A stretch of DNA of 64,000 nt from an uncultured virus (IMG/VR IMGVR_UViG_3300047510_001006) (lineage: Duplodnaviria > Heunggongvirae > Uroviricota > Caudoviricetes). The notes under the pieces are model-generated. The model was given only the letters and a program-made list of their open reading frames with translations, searched no databases and was not told the DNA's origin. Position numbers and translations under genes: made by a program. This document shows, piece by piece, positions 1 to 8,453 of this stretch (its first letter is position 1; the number at the start of each line of letters is the position of its first letter). Where the stretch lies: IMG/VR virus record IMGVR_UViG_3300047510_001006; one strand, written 5' to 3'.

Positions 1-229
1 TTGTTGGTTCCTCGCAACTACTTACCATTCCGATAAGTAATGTTGCTAATATTAGTTTTTTCATACTTTGTTTATTGTTGCTCATTATTGTTTCTTTTTC
101 CATAAGTTCTTTAAGTTCTTTTTTTCTCTGTTCTCTTAGTTGTTCTCGGTTTTCAATACGCCATTTGTTTTTTGCTATTGCATCTGATTGCTCTGCGTTT
201 TCAAGGAGTTGTTTTATCTTGTCGTTCAT
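1..229 (-). CDS. Hypothetical protein, truncated at window edge; ends in an in-frame lipoprotein-like signal (MKKLILATLLIGMVSSC)
   Basis: Manual translation from ATG at 229, open to position 1; not in the ORF track. Confidence 0.45.
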   Translation of the reverse strand, partial: MNDKIKQLLENAEQSDAIAKNKWRIENREQLREQRKKELKELMEKETIMSNNKQSMKKLILATLLIGMVSSCEEPT

Positions 230-492
230 TGCTCACCTCCTCCGTAGGTTTCGTTGTAGTATTGTTGTGAAAAATCTTCTGCACTTTGTCGTTTTTCAAG
301 ATATTCTAAACCATAAGGCAAATTATTAAGATGAATAAACATATCCATTTGAGCGTTTTTAATTTCATCCTTTCGCATTGCTTCGGCTTGTTCAAGTGCT
401 TTGTCAATATCAAATCCTCTCAATCTCAAATTGATGTCTTTTTTGATTTGTTCAACCAACCACTCTACGCTACTCTGTTTATTGTTTGTCAT
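226..492 (-). CDS. Small early phage protein (KQSSVEWL...YYNETYGG type)
   Basis: 88-aa ORF overlapping neighbours, on the same strand as the gene block. Confidence 0.7.
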   Translation of the reverse strand: MTNNKQSSVEWLVEQIKKDINLRLRGFDIDKALEQAEAMRKDEIKNAQMDMFIHLNNLPYGLEYLEKRQSAEDFSQQYYNETYGGGEQ

Positions 493-587
493 AACGCTTC
501 TATTAGTTTAAGTAAAAGATAAAAAGACATCCATCCCGCAAAAACCCCTTTCCAAAATGGTTTTATTTGTTGTTTATTGTTTGTCAT
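489..587 (-). CDS. 32-aa hydrophobic peptide (MTNNKQQIKPFWKGVFAGWMSFYLLLKLIEAL)
   Basis: Manual translation; ATGA overlap with the next gene; shares its MTNNKQ start. Confidence 0.5.
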   Translation of the reverse strand: MTNNKQQIKPFWKGVFAGWMSFYLLLKLIEAL

Positions 588-828
588 CGTCATCGTCTTC
601 TTTATTGTTTAACGCATATATTATTTCATCTATTTCTTCTATTATCCAATTGTATTGCCAAGGATTACTTTCTAGTTGGTCTTTTAATCGCAATAGTTTA
701 ACTGCCGTTTGTTGTGTTTTATTTGTCATCATAAGTAGTGTTGTTTTCAAATGTATTTCAGTGTCCATTTGTTTTTGGCACAGTTCAATGATAGAATCAA
801 CTGCCGTTGGTTGTTTATTATTTCTCAT
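574..828 (-). CDS. Small early phage protein with two KQ(Q/P)TAV motifs
   Basis: 84-aa ORF preceded by GGAGGT. Confidence 0.6.
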   Translation of the reverse strand: MRNNKQPTAVDSIIELCQKQMDTEIHLKTTLLMMTNKTQQTAVKLLRLKDQLESNPWQYNWIIEEIDEIIYALNNKEDDDDDKQ

Positions 829-843
829 TGTTACCTCCTTGTA

Positions 844-1374
844 TTATACTCCTATGATACGAATTGAATACTGTGTGAATACAAACTCACGATTGTTGTA
901 GGCTTCTTGAAAGCCAATAAGTGAGTACACTTTACCAACAGCCTCAGCGTTCAACATAAACTCTTCGTCAGTCATCTCGTCATCGTCTTCATCATCAACT
1001 AAATACACACGCAACTCTTTGTTTACATATCCTTTGTAGGCTGCGATGAATTCTGTGAGCATGGTGTACTCGTTTTGATATTGGTTGGGCATGTATTGCC
1101 AAGCCTCAACAGATTTGAGCATGTGATAGATTGTTGTTCTGTCTCTCCTGAACGATGCGGCAACTAACTCTTGATTTAGTTTTTCTATTTCTAAGGCTAC
1201 GTATGCACCGATGTTGCGGATGAATACCATGTTTGCTATTTGATTACTTGTGTAATCTTCTCTTGATATACCGAAGTATGATTCTAGTTGTGTGTGAATC
1301 TTTTCAAGTTTGTCTGCTGTTGGTTTGTCCAACATGAATTTAGATCGTTCCATTTGCTCTGTTAAATATTTCAA
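844..1374 (-). CDS. Putative DNA-binding protein with DnaA C-terminal-like HTH
   Basis: FRRDRTTIYH resembles the DnaA domain IV motif F.rDHtTv.h. Confidence 0.5.
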   Translation of the reverse strand: MKYLTEQMERSKFMLDKPTADKLEKIHTQLESYFGISREDYTSNQIANMVFIRNIGAYVALEIEKLNQELVAASFRRDRTTIYHMLKSVEAWQYMPNQYQNEYTMLTEFIAAYKGYVNKELRVYLVDDEDDDEMTDEEFMLNAEAVGKVYSLIGFQEAYNNREFVFTQYSIRIIGV

Positions 1375-1564
1375 TTAGTTGTTTAAGGTCTGAGGCCTCA
1401 GTTATGTAGCCTTTAAAATCACCACTCACCATATAGTCGCCATCTTTTGTTTTATCTGCTGTTAACCAATCTCTACTGGTCAACTGCTTTTCGTAGAATG
1501 TAAACCCATCTTCTGTTTCATGAAGGGTAAATCCCAATTCGATTAGTTCATTTTTCTGTATCAT
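1340..1564 (-). CDS. Hypothetical protein
   Basis: 74-aa ORF in tightly packed block. Confidence 0.6.
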   Translation of the reverse strand: MIQKNELIELGFTLHETEDGFTFYEKQLTSRDWLTADKTKDGDYMVSGDFKGYITEASDLKQLIEIFNRANGTI

Positions 1565-1781
1565 GTATGTAAAATGTTATGTGTTTCTGTACATCTTCGT
1601 AGAAAGATATTTCTTTTCTGTTCTGCCACTCATTAAATTTAAGGGCTTCGATGATTTCTTTGACTGCTATAATCGAACAATAACGAGCGATTGTGTGGTC
1701 AATTGGTTCGTGTTCAAACATCCACAGCATGTCGCGGTAGATTTGAATTGCTTTTTCTTTTACTTCTTCTTGGTGTGTCAT
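1548..1781 (-). CDS. Hypothetical protein
   Basis: 77-aa ORF overlapping neighbours. Confidence 0.6.
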   Translation of the reverse strand: MTHQEEVKEKAIQIYRDMLWMFEHEPIDHTIARYCSIIAVKEIIEALKFNEWQNRKEISFYEDVQKHITFYIHDTEK

Positions 1782-2341
1782 GAGTTGTATTCATTAAATG
1801 ATGATATTGCTATTTTTTTGTCTGCTTGTGATAACCGATTCCAATACTTATGCTCCATAATTTTGTTTATTGAACTATAATACCCATTAGATATGTCGTC
1901 AATAAATCTTTCTATTGCGTAGTCTTCATTGTTTTCCCAAAGATACTCTTCGTAGGATACACTTACGTCTCTCGTTATTACTCCTTTGTTTACGCTAAAC
2001 CATCCACCAAAGTCCATCCCAGGTTCTTCGTAATCTGCGGTTATGTTTAAACCATAAATCTCAGATAACTTATGATAAAATGGCAGTACAGGACTCCAAG
2101 CACTAGAACCCGAAAGACTGGCCGATGTATCTGACAATCTACTCCAATCGGCTTCAAACCATTTACTACCAAATAGGTCATAGGTGTCTCCTTCTTCTTT
2201 TTCTTTACCCAATACAGTAAAGAGTGTTTCATACCATAGGTGACTTTGTTCTGTGGTTGCTTCTTTCAAGCGTGATTCGAGCAGGTCGAGCATCTCTTTA
2301 CTTCCTTCAAGCAATGCGTAATTATAACAATGATTTGCCAT
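1778..2341 (-). CDS. YubB/DUF1281 ferredoxin-like domain protein
   Basis: MANHCYN start, SAWSP and YEEPGMDFGG motifs. Confidence 0.65.
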   Translation of the reverse strand: MANHCYNYALLEGSKEMLDLLESRLKEATTEQSHLWYETLFTVLGKEKEEGDTYDLFGSKWFEADWSRLSDTSASLSGSSAWSPVLPFYHKLSEIYGLNITADYEEPGMDFGGWFSVNKGVITRDVSVSYEEYLWENNEDYAIERFIDDISNGYYSSINKIMEHKYWNRLSQADKKIAISSFNEYNS

Positions 2342-2360
2342 ATCTTATTCTTTTACACTA

Positions 2361-2561
2361 TCATCGGTCGAGTGACTTTCTCCAATTCTGCAGCGACCAA
2401 ACATAGTGCTGCTGATAGATTGTTTCAATGTCCGTCGGTTTTTTGTCCAACAAATAATTTAGTTGGGCGGTCTCACTTGTAATGACACGAGACAATGAAA
2501 TCTTCAAGTCCTTGCCCCTAAGGTGTCTTACTGATTTGATATAATTTTCTTGTTTACGCAT
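2361..2561 (-). CDS. Hypothetical protein
   Basis: 66-aa ORF in block. Confidence 0.5.
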   Translation of the reverse strand: MRKQENYIKSVRHLRGKDLKISLSRVITSETAQLNYLLDKKPTDIETIYQQHYVWSLQNWRKSLDR

Positions 2562-2940
2562 AATCGTTTTCTCTTAATATCATTTCTTGTTGAAAGTGAT
2601 AACCCCAAGCGGTATCAGCAAACGCCTCGTCTAATTCTACATAGTGCCAAAAGATATCATACAATGATTCCGATGTCATTTCAGATAGAGTTACTAAGTC
2701 GGGCGTAGAATAAGTTACACCTTCTTCATAGGCTCGTCTCCATAACATAGTATCTCTCCACTCACGCACACCCAAAGCACAAAGCATAAACCTAACAGGT
2801 TTCTTTGCGATGGTGTCAATGTCTAGATTGGGATTCTCCATCCAATCAGTTAGGTACTTGTCCTCGATGATTCCACTAGCGACAGCATCATCATACACGG
2901 CTCGGTCATAAAGCCATAATGCATCTTCAATCTTTGTCAT
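2554..2940 (-). CDS. Hypothetical protein
   Basis: 128-aa ORF overlapping neighbours. Confidence 0.65.
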   Translation of the reverse strand: MTKIEDALWLYDRAVYDDAVASGIIEDKYLTDWMENPNLDIDTIAKKPVRFMLCALGVREWRDTMLWRRAYEEGVTYSTPDLVTLSEMTSESLYDIFWHYVELDEAFADTAWGYHFQQEMILRENDYA

Positions 2941-3206
2941 AACATTAGTTTTAGTTTGTCGTTAAGCGACATGAGAATTTCTTTTTTTGTTTTTAATGGT
3001 GTTAGTGTAACACTGTGGTCTTCATGGGATTGATATCCACGCAAGTATATACTGCCGTGATCATCCCACATTGAAAGTTCGGGAATAGCTGAACACAAAA
3101 TCTGAACACCATCAACAGTAATGTCAATGTTTTTGTGTTCTTGATAGACCACACGATACAGAAAGCCTTGGTCTTTTTTTACGATTAGAATGTTAAATGG
3201 ATACAT
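2937..3206 (-). CDS. Hypothetical protein, probable paralog of 3234..3524
   Basis: Shared RVV.Q / PEL / (L,V)RG.Q / N.KLK motifs. Confidence 0.65.
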   Translation of the reverse strand: MYPFNILIVKKDQGFLYRVVYQEHKNIDITVDGVQILCSAIPELSMWDDHGSIYLRGYQSHEDHSVTLTPLKTKKEILMSLNDKLKLML

Positions 3207-3233
3207 GAGTTTTAATTTGGTTGTTTAGGTTAA

Positions 3234-3524
3234 TTATAGTTCTTTTAATTTGTTGTTTAAGTTGTTTAGTAGTACAACGGTTTCAAATAGTTTGTGGCGG
3301 TGAGAGGGCAAGTAATGTGGTTCATGGTGTGAATGCGGTTGGTCGCCTCGAACAAACAATATTTTTTCATCGCTGTTCATCCTAAGTTCGGGGGTGTTCA
3401 TTGACGACACGGACATTTCACCAAACTCATTTATGAATCGATCTGATTCGTCTTGCCTTACTACTCGTGTGTAAACATCGGCATTTTTTATTACACATAA
3501 TACTTTTAAATTTTTGTAATTCAT
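3234..3524 (-). CDS. Hypothetical protein, probable paralog of 2937..3206
   Basis: Same shared motifs. Confidence 0.65.
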   Translation of the reverse strand: MNYKNLKVLCVIKNADVYTRVVRQDESDRFINEFGEMSVSSMNTPELRMNSDEKILFVRGDQPHSHHEPHYLPSHRHKLFETVVLLNNLNNKLKEL

Positions 3525-3535
3525 ATCTTTGAGAT

Positions 3536-3570
3536 TAAAAATGGGGCCTCAGATTTCTCATCAACCCCAT
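3536..3570 (-). terminator. Possible intrinsic terminator (ATGGGG...CCCCAT followed by T-run on minus strand)
   Basis: Inverted repeat just downstream of the GATase gene; large loop. Confidence 0.4.
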
Positions 3571-3606
3571 TAAACCAAACTAATTAAAACAAAAGGTCTT
3601 TATATA

Positions 3607-4413
3607 TTAAAATAATGTTTCAGTATATTTCTTCATTGCTACACTATGTCCCTTGCACATAGCACACTGCCCTGCTTCAAGGTCATCACCATACCCTGTC
3701 ATCAACTCTATACCACAGTCACCACAATAGCCATGATCTATGCCGAATGATTTATTATAGGCAGCATCATCCATCCTATCATAGTAATCATTCCAATCCT
3801 TAGATGAGTAATCGGTAGTGGTTGACTTGGTGGTTGTGTTGGTGGTAGTTTTGAGTTGGTGTCCGTAGTAGCGTAGTGTTGGGTCAAGGTAAGACTTGTT
3901 ACTGAACCATGACTCACCATCCCAAACACCTGCTTTCTCATTGACAATAACAACATCGTTGTCATTAGACATAAAGATAAGTTTGTTGTATGAGCCAATG
4001 AACTCAGAGATAAGAGTAAGGACACTCTCAGACTTGGTAAAGTTCTTGGGCATATCTTTGAGGAACTCATTGAAGTGCCAAGTGTCAGAGAATTCTGAGA
4101 CCCCATACGAGAACTCTTGGATGATACCATTGTGTACAAACCCTACGGTCTCGTCGACAACGAATGGGTGGATGTTACGCTCGTCAACCACACCGTGAGT
4201 ACGAATACGGAAGTGCAGTACTACCTTGTCAGTAATCTTACGGACGGCTTGGTATTGTTTGAAGAATGCTTTGAATGATTTGAGTTGCTTGTAAACTTGC
4301 AACTGTCCATCTTGTACCCACAACATACCTGCGCCATCATCGTTTGATTCCCAGCAGTTCTGTAATGTTTTCTTAGTGAGTAAATCTTTGTTGTTGTAAA
4401 TTGCGATACACAT
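3607..4413 (-). CDS. Class II (Ntn) glutamine amidotransferase
   Basis: N-terminal MC, N.DG.G, HFR.RTHG, HPF, HNG and SDT motifs. Confidence 0.85.
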   Translation of the reverse strand: MCIAIYNNKDLLTKKTLQNCWESNDDGAGMLWVQDGQLQVYKQLKSFKAFFKQYQAVRKITDKVVLHFRIRTHGVVDERNIHPFVVDETVGFVHNGIIQEFSYGVSEFSDTWHFNEFLKDMPKNFTKSESVLTLISEFIGSYNKLIFMSNDNDVVIVNEKAGVWDGESWFSNKSYLDPTLRYYGHQLKTTTNTTTKSTTTDYSSKDWNDYYDRMDDAAYNKSFGIDHGYCGDCGIELMTGYGDDLEAGQCAMCKGHSVAMKKYTETLF

Positions 4414-4448
4414 AATTGTTTTTGTTTTTTAATTGGTTGGTTGATTGA

Positions 4449-5720
4449 TTAGTTTGTTTCGATTGGTAATGTAGTCATAGGACTAGTGGTGTTGTTCATG
4501 AAGTCGTCTTGTTGTTCGGGTGTTAGGTCATCCCAATCAACTACGATAATAGGATTGTCCCACACTGTACCTGTAATACTATTCAACTTTACTTTCTTTT
4601 TCTTGGGCGGTGATTTCACGATACGTTTCTTGACAAGGTAGTTGTGTGTGTCAATGATGTCGAATGAATACTCACGGCAATACTTGTAGAATAACTCAGC
4701 CTTGGCAATGATTTGTTCTACGCTGTATACCTTACGAAGCAAGGCATGTAGTTTGCCACGACCATCGAGCATATTTTTTAAGACTTGGGCCTCACTTACA
4801 TCACGATTAGAAACCATATACTTAATAAGTTCAGTACGCCATAAGAGATTAGACACACTACGAACAGCACCGAAGATACGAAACTCTAAACGAGTATCCT
4901 TGATAAAGACAGCACCATACTTATCATTGGCATTACTATGCTTAGAGATAGCAGGACAATAAGTATTCTTAACACGACCATTGTACAAACAGTAAAGCAA
5001 TGGCATATAACACTTGATAGACTGATACAACTCACGATTAGTCATAGTGATATGTGAGACATTGATATGACCACCACAAGACGTAGAGAAGTCAGCATCA
5101 ATGTAACTCTTTACATCGGCAAATGTATCAGCATTGACCTTGAACATATCAAAGACAGGTGACACAAACTCAAATCCGCGATAGTCATCAAGAGAACCAT
5201 CGCGTTCTTTTGCCCAACCCGTACGGTCAAAGCAATCTCTCGCTGACTCTTGCTCTTTGACTGATACATCTTCTTTCTCTACCTCGTAAGCAATACGCCA
5301 CTCTGCTTGCTTTGCCTCGTATGAGAACTTGCGATTGCTTGAATGATAATCAAAGGTGTATTCTTCTTCGTCTTCTTCTGGGTCTTCATAGAACTCACCG
5401 TCAGCGTGTTCGTGAAAGTGATTGTCAAAGGCTACATCACGAGACATAGCATAGCGAACATCACAGTTGTTGACATACACATAGTCAGCATTGCGGTGGA
5501 AGTAACCTCGGTTGTCGTGCCGATCAACAAGACCATACACTGCATCACCATGCCAAATTTCTTCGCCATAGTACTCACAATAAACAATCTCATTGTCGTT
5601 TAATAGTTCATCGCGTTCCTCTTCTGTAAGCCAACAGTCGAGTTGAGTGTAATGACACGCGTCAGTCATCGGTACTACTGCACCACTGTGAGTAGTTACC
5701 ATTTCTACTTTTGTCTCCAT
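4449..5720 (-). CDS. Putative amidoligase (COOH-NH2 ligase, Amidoligase_2-like)
   Basis: EVE, ERDGSL, FEFVSP, SCGGHINVS, KY.AV and LEFRIF motifs; adjacent to GATase. Confidence 0.8.
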   Translation of the reverse strand: METKVEMVTTHSGAVVPMTDACHYTQLDCWLTEEERDELLNDNEIVYCEYYGEEIWHGDAVYGLVDRHDNRGYFHRNADYVYVNNCDVRYAMSRDVAFDNHFHEHADGEFYEDPEEDEEEYTFDYHSSNRKFSYEAKQAEWRIAYEVEKEDVSVKEQESARDCFDRTGWAKERDGSLDDYRGFEFVSPVFDMFKVNADTFADVKSYIDADFSTSCGGHINVSHITMTNRELYQSIKCYMPLLYCLYNGRVKNTYCPAISKHSNANDKYGAVFIKDTRLEFRIFGAVRSVSNLLWRTELIKYMVSNRDVSEAQVLKNMLDGRGKLHALLRKVYSVEQIIAKAELFYKYCREYSFDIIDTHNYLVKKRIVKSPPKKKKVKLNSITGTVWDNPIIVVDWDDLTPEQQDDFMNNTTSPMTTLPIETN

Positions 5721-5739
5721 CTTTTTAATTGATTGGTTT

Positions 5740-6093
5740 TTATTTTGTTTTTACATCGTCCCAAAGTTTAACGGATAAATTGTAAAGATGAACAGCCAAT
5801 AAGGATTGTGCTACTTTTTTGTCCGTATAATAACACTCTTGTTCACCAAGATATTCAGTCATCATATCACCATCATAGACAAACCACTTGCCGTTCTCCG
5901 CGTGTGGTAGTTCACACCCCACACCCATAAGAGTATACTCAATCGCTTCTTCGATTGGTTCTTCGGGTTCGTCCCAGTTAATGTTAAAAACCCGCATCTC
6001 AGTGACACGGGTTTCAAGTAGGTGAGTAAGATTAGGATGTACACACCATACAGTACTACCGATGGTTAGTTGTTGTTGTTCGTTTGGTTTCAT
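5740..6093 (-). CDS. Hypothetical protein
   Basis: 117-aa ORF. Confidence 0.6.
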   Translation of the reverse strand: MKPNEQQQLTIGSTVWCVHPNLTHLLETRVTEMRVFNINWDEPEEPIEEAIEYTLMGVGCELPHAENGKWFVYDGDMMTEYLGEQECYYTDKKVAQSLLAVHLYNLSVKLWDDVKTK

Positions 6094-6513
6094 GACTCTA
6101 TCTTTTTGTCCGTTTCCATATACACATAGCCAAGTAAATAAAAGGTAGATATGACCAATGAGAACACGGCTAAACTAAGGTGTTCATTAAAGAGAGCCAC
6201 TACAAATGCAGCGAAATGTAATAGGCACAGAATGAATAGTATATTTTTCATGCCCGATAGTATTTAGTTTCCGTAGTAACACCATACTTGAACGCCTTGC
6301 GTTCTTTGGGTTGAATTGCTGATGTTCTTGTTTGACCATTAACAGACTTCCGTTTGTAACGATCACGCAGTTCATTAATTTCTGCGGTTGTGAGGAATTT
6401 TACTTGTACCATTTGTTTTTAATTAGAGGTTTGGAAATGTGGCTATGTTTGACATACTGACAACCCCCACCCAATTAAGAGAGGGGGTCTCAGACCACAT
6501 TTAGAATTTACTT

Positions 6514-6996
6514 TTATTGTGCCACTGATAAGAACTGTTTCATAGTAGAATCACATAAGGCACGCATAGAGTCAGTACGCACATACTCACCACTTGTAAT
6601 ATCCACCACATTAGGACGACTTGCTTTTGGTCGTTTCTGTTTAGCGACCGCAGTAAGCATATCCACAAGGTAACAAGCAAAGTTTTTAATACCTCGCTCA
6701 CCACTGATACGCACACCTTCCTCAAAGGTATCACGCAACGCAGTACCGACATTATCCAATGCGGTATCTTCATAGCATACTTTGAGATTGATTGGCTTGT
6801 TTAATTTGTACGGACACCGTTTGTACCGCCTTTGCACATCAAGGACATCAAAGAATTGGTCTACAAGGTCACCGATAACAACACCGACAGCGTCCGCATC
6901 AACAAATTCAACGGACAATTCACGAGGGGACACAATAAAGCGTCCGCTTTTTGTCTCACAATCTTGCGAAACAAAAATAGTTAGTTTTTTAGACAT
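6514..6996 (-). CDS. Hypothetical protein, first gene of the early block
   Basis: 160-aa ORF with A-rich upstream leader typical of Bacteroidota. Confidence 0.65.
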   Translation of the reverse strand: MSKKLTIFVSQDCETKSGRFIVSPRELSVEFVDADAVGVVIGDLVDQFFDVLDVQRRYKRCPYKLNKPINLKVCYEDTALDNVGTALRDTFEEGVRISGERGIKNFACYLVDMLTAVAKQKRPKASRPNVVDITSGEYVRTDSMRALCDSTMKQFLSVAQ

Positions 6997-7009
6997 GATT
7001 TTTAATTAA

Positions 7010-7614
7010 ATGGTTTTGTGGGTGCGTTCCATTGAAGAAAGACAACATAAATTGTCCGCACCCGATAGCAGTTAAGAATAAGCGTACAAGCGATTGCACA
7101 TTACACCTACGACATAAGGTACTTAATCTTAAAACATAGAGGACACACAAATAGTGTGTTTGTTCGTTCGTTTTTTCGTGTAGCATAATTGCTACTTGTA
7201 ATGTATTCGGATGATTAATGAGTCGGTTCTCAAAGTGCATACTTCACCCGCCTAGGTTTTACCATATATTACCCTAGCGTTTCGCATAAAGCGACGATGC
7301 CCATTACGGCTAACGACTTGACTATAATTTGCCACCACGATAATATCGCGTCCGTTTGTGTTACTTCGCCCATAGCGTTCCCATTCAAGTATGGTAAAAC
7401 ACCCTTGTTACAATCGTTAGGTCATGGAAAGTCCATGCCGTCCGCTATGTCGGTTTGCCTGTTTCGTCAGACAATAGTTCGTCACGCTGAAAACACCACA
7501 TTTTCAGTTAGAACTAATCATAAAATTTGCATTAGACACACTACGGACACCCCACTTTCATCGGCTAACTTTTTAGGTTACTACCTTTATAGTCAATAGC
7601 GATATTTCTAATAC
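7010..7614 (-). ncRNA. Candidate large structured ncRNA or structured 5' leader (~600 nt)
   Basis: No convincing ORF; more than 10 perfect inverted-repeat pairs, several crossing; promoter at 7619-7626. Confidence 0.6.
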
Positions 7615-7618
7615 GATA

Positions 7619-7648
7619 CAAAGATAGTACAATAATTCAGATATTCAA
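7619..7648 (-). promoter_or_regulatory. Bacteroidota-type promoter (TTG-19 nt-TATCTTTG)
   Basis: CAAAGATA at 7619-7626 and CAA at 7646-7648 on + strand. Confidence 0.65.
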
Positions 7649-7649
7649 C

Positions 7650-8390
7650 ATATTTCAAACTTTTTTTTCAATTATTTTCAAAATAATTTGTAACTCATTG
7701 AATATCAATACATTTCAAAAGTAATTTAGAATAATTCTAAATAGCGTGGCGAAATTTCCCTTTATATAATAGGAAACGGGCGGACGCGTAATGTAGGCGA
7801 AAGGTGATTGATTTGCAAATAAGCAATGTCATTTTTTTGTCATAAAAAAGTACGGGCTAAATTGTCATTTTATTGTCATAAATTCAATTTGCCTTGTTTA
7901 TGTGGTGCAAATTACTTATAGGATTATATGTCCATTTTATTGTACACTGATGCCCAAAAAAACAGACATTTGTCTGTTACCTATGTATAGTATAGCATAC
8001 AGCCAAAGTGACCAATTTATTGTACAATAATTGTCCAGAAAAATGGACGCTGATGTCTATTCTAATGGAATTGCGGTGTCCAATTTAGTAGACGGGGGTG
8101 TTTTTTTCGGCTTCGCAGTTTCCGAAAATGTAACGTTTACCTCCACAACCCGCATAAACTATATTAAAGGGGGGGGTACTTTATACCAAGGGGTATTATA
8201 CCAGGGGGTATAAAAGAGGGGGGGTATAAATCTTATGCAGTAGGTAGTGCTTTTCACTACTTTGTGCAATTTGTGCAATCAATGTGCAAACAAATGCCAC
8301 TTTTTCTATTTACTGGCAATTGTTGGTATTTCTGCCGATTTATAGTTCAGCGCATGAAATATTCGGAAAAATTCATGCAAATTAAGGTAT
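7650..8390. repeat. AT-rich non-coding tract with short repeats (TGTC(C)A, TGTGCAA x3, GGGGTA x4); possible origin or genome terminus
   Basis: Repeats visible at 7827-8080, 8169-8228 and 8261-8290. Confidence 0.4.
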
Positions 8391-8432
8391 AAAAAAGCCC
8401 CACGAGCAGATCTTACGGTATGCAGGTGGGGA
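8391..8432 (-). terminator. Intrinsic terminator ending the recombination block
   Basis: CCCCAC...GTGGGG stem with A6 on + strand. Confidence 0.5.
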
Positions 8433-8453
8433 CGTTTCGTGTAAATATACTGA

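Noticed and set aside
7318..7596. Group I intron (GACTA/TAGTC resembling P7)
   Set aside because: No interrupted gene, the pairing is a plain 10-bp helix, and other core elements were not recognisable; not fully excluded without a covariance-model search
6989..7599. ORFs 6989..7240 (-) and 7297..7599 (+)
   Set aside because: Atypical composition and no recognisable motifs; the region is better explained by base-pairing structure
8031..8213. 60-aa ORF ending in LYQGV repeats
   Set aside because: The peptide repeat simply reflects the DNA G-run repeats; non-ATG start and isolated orientation
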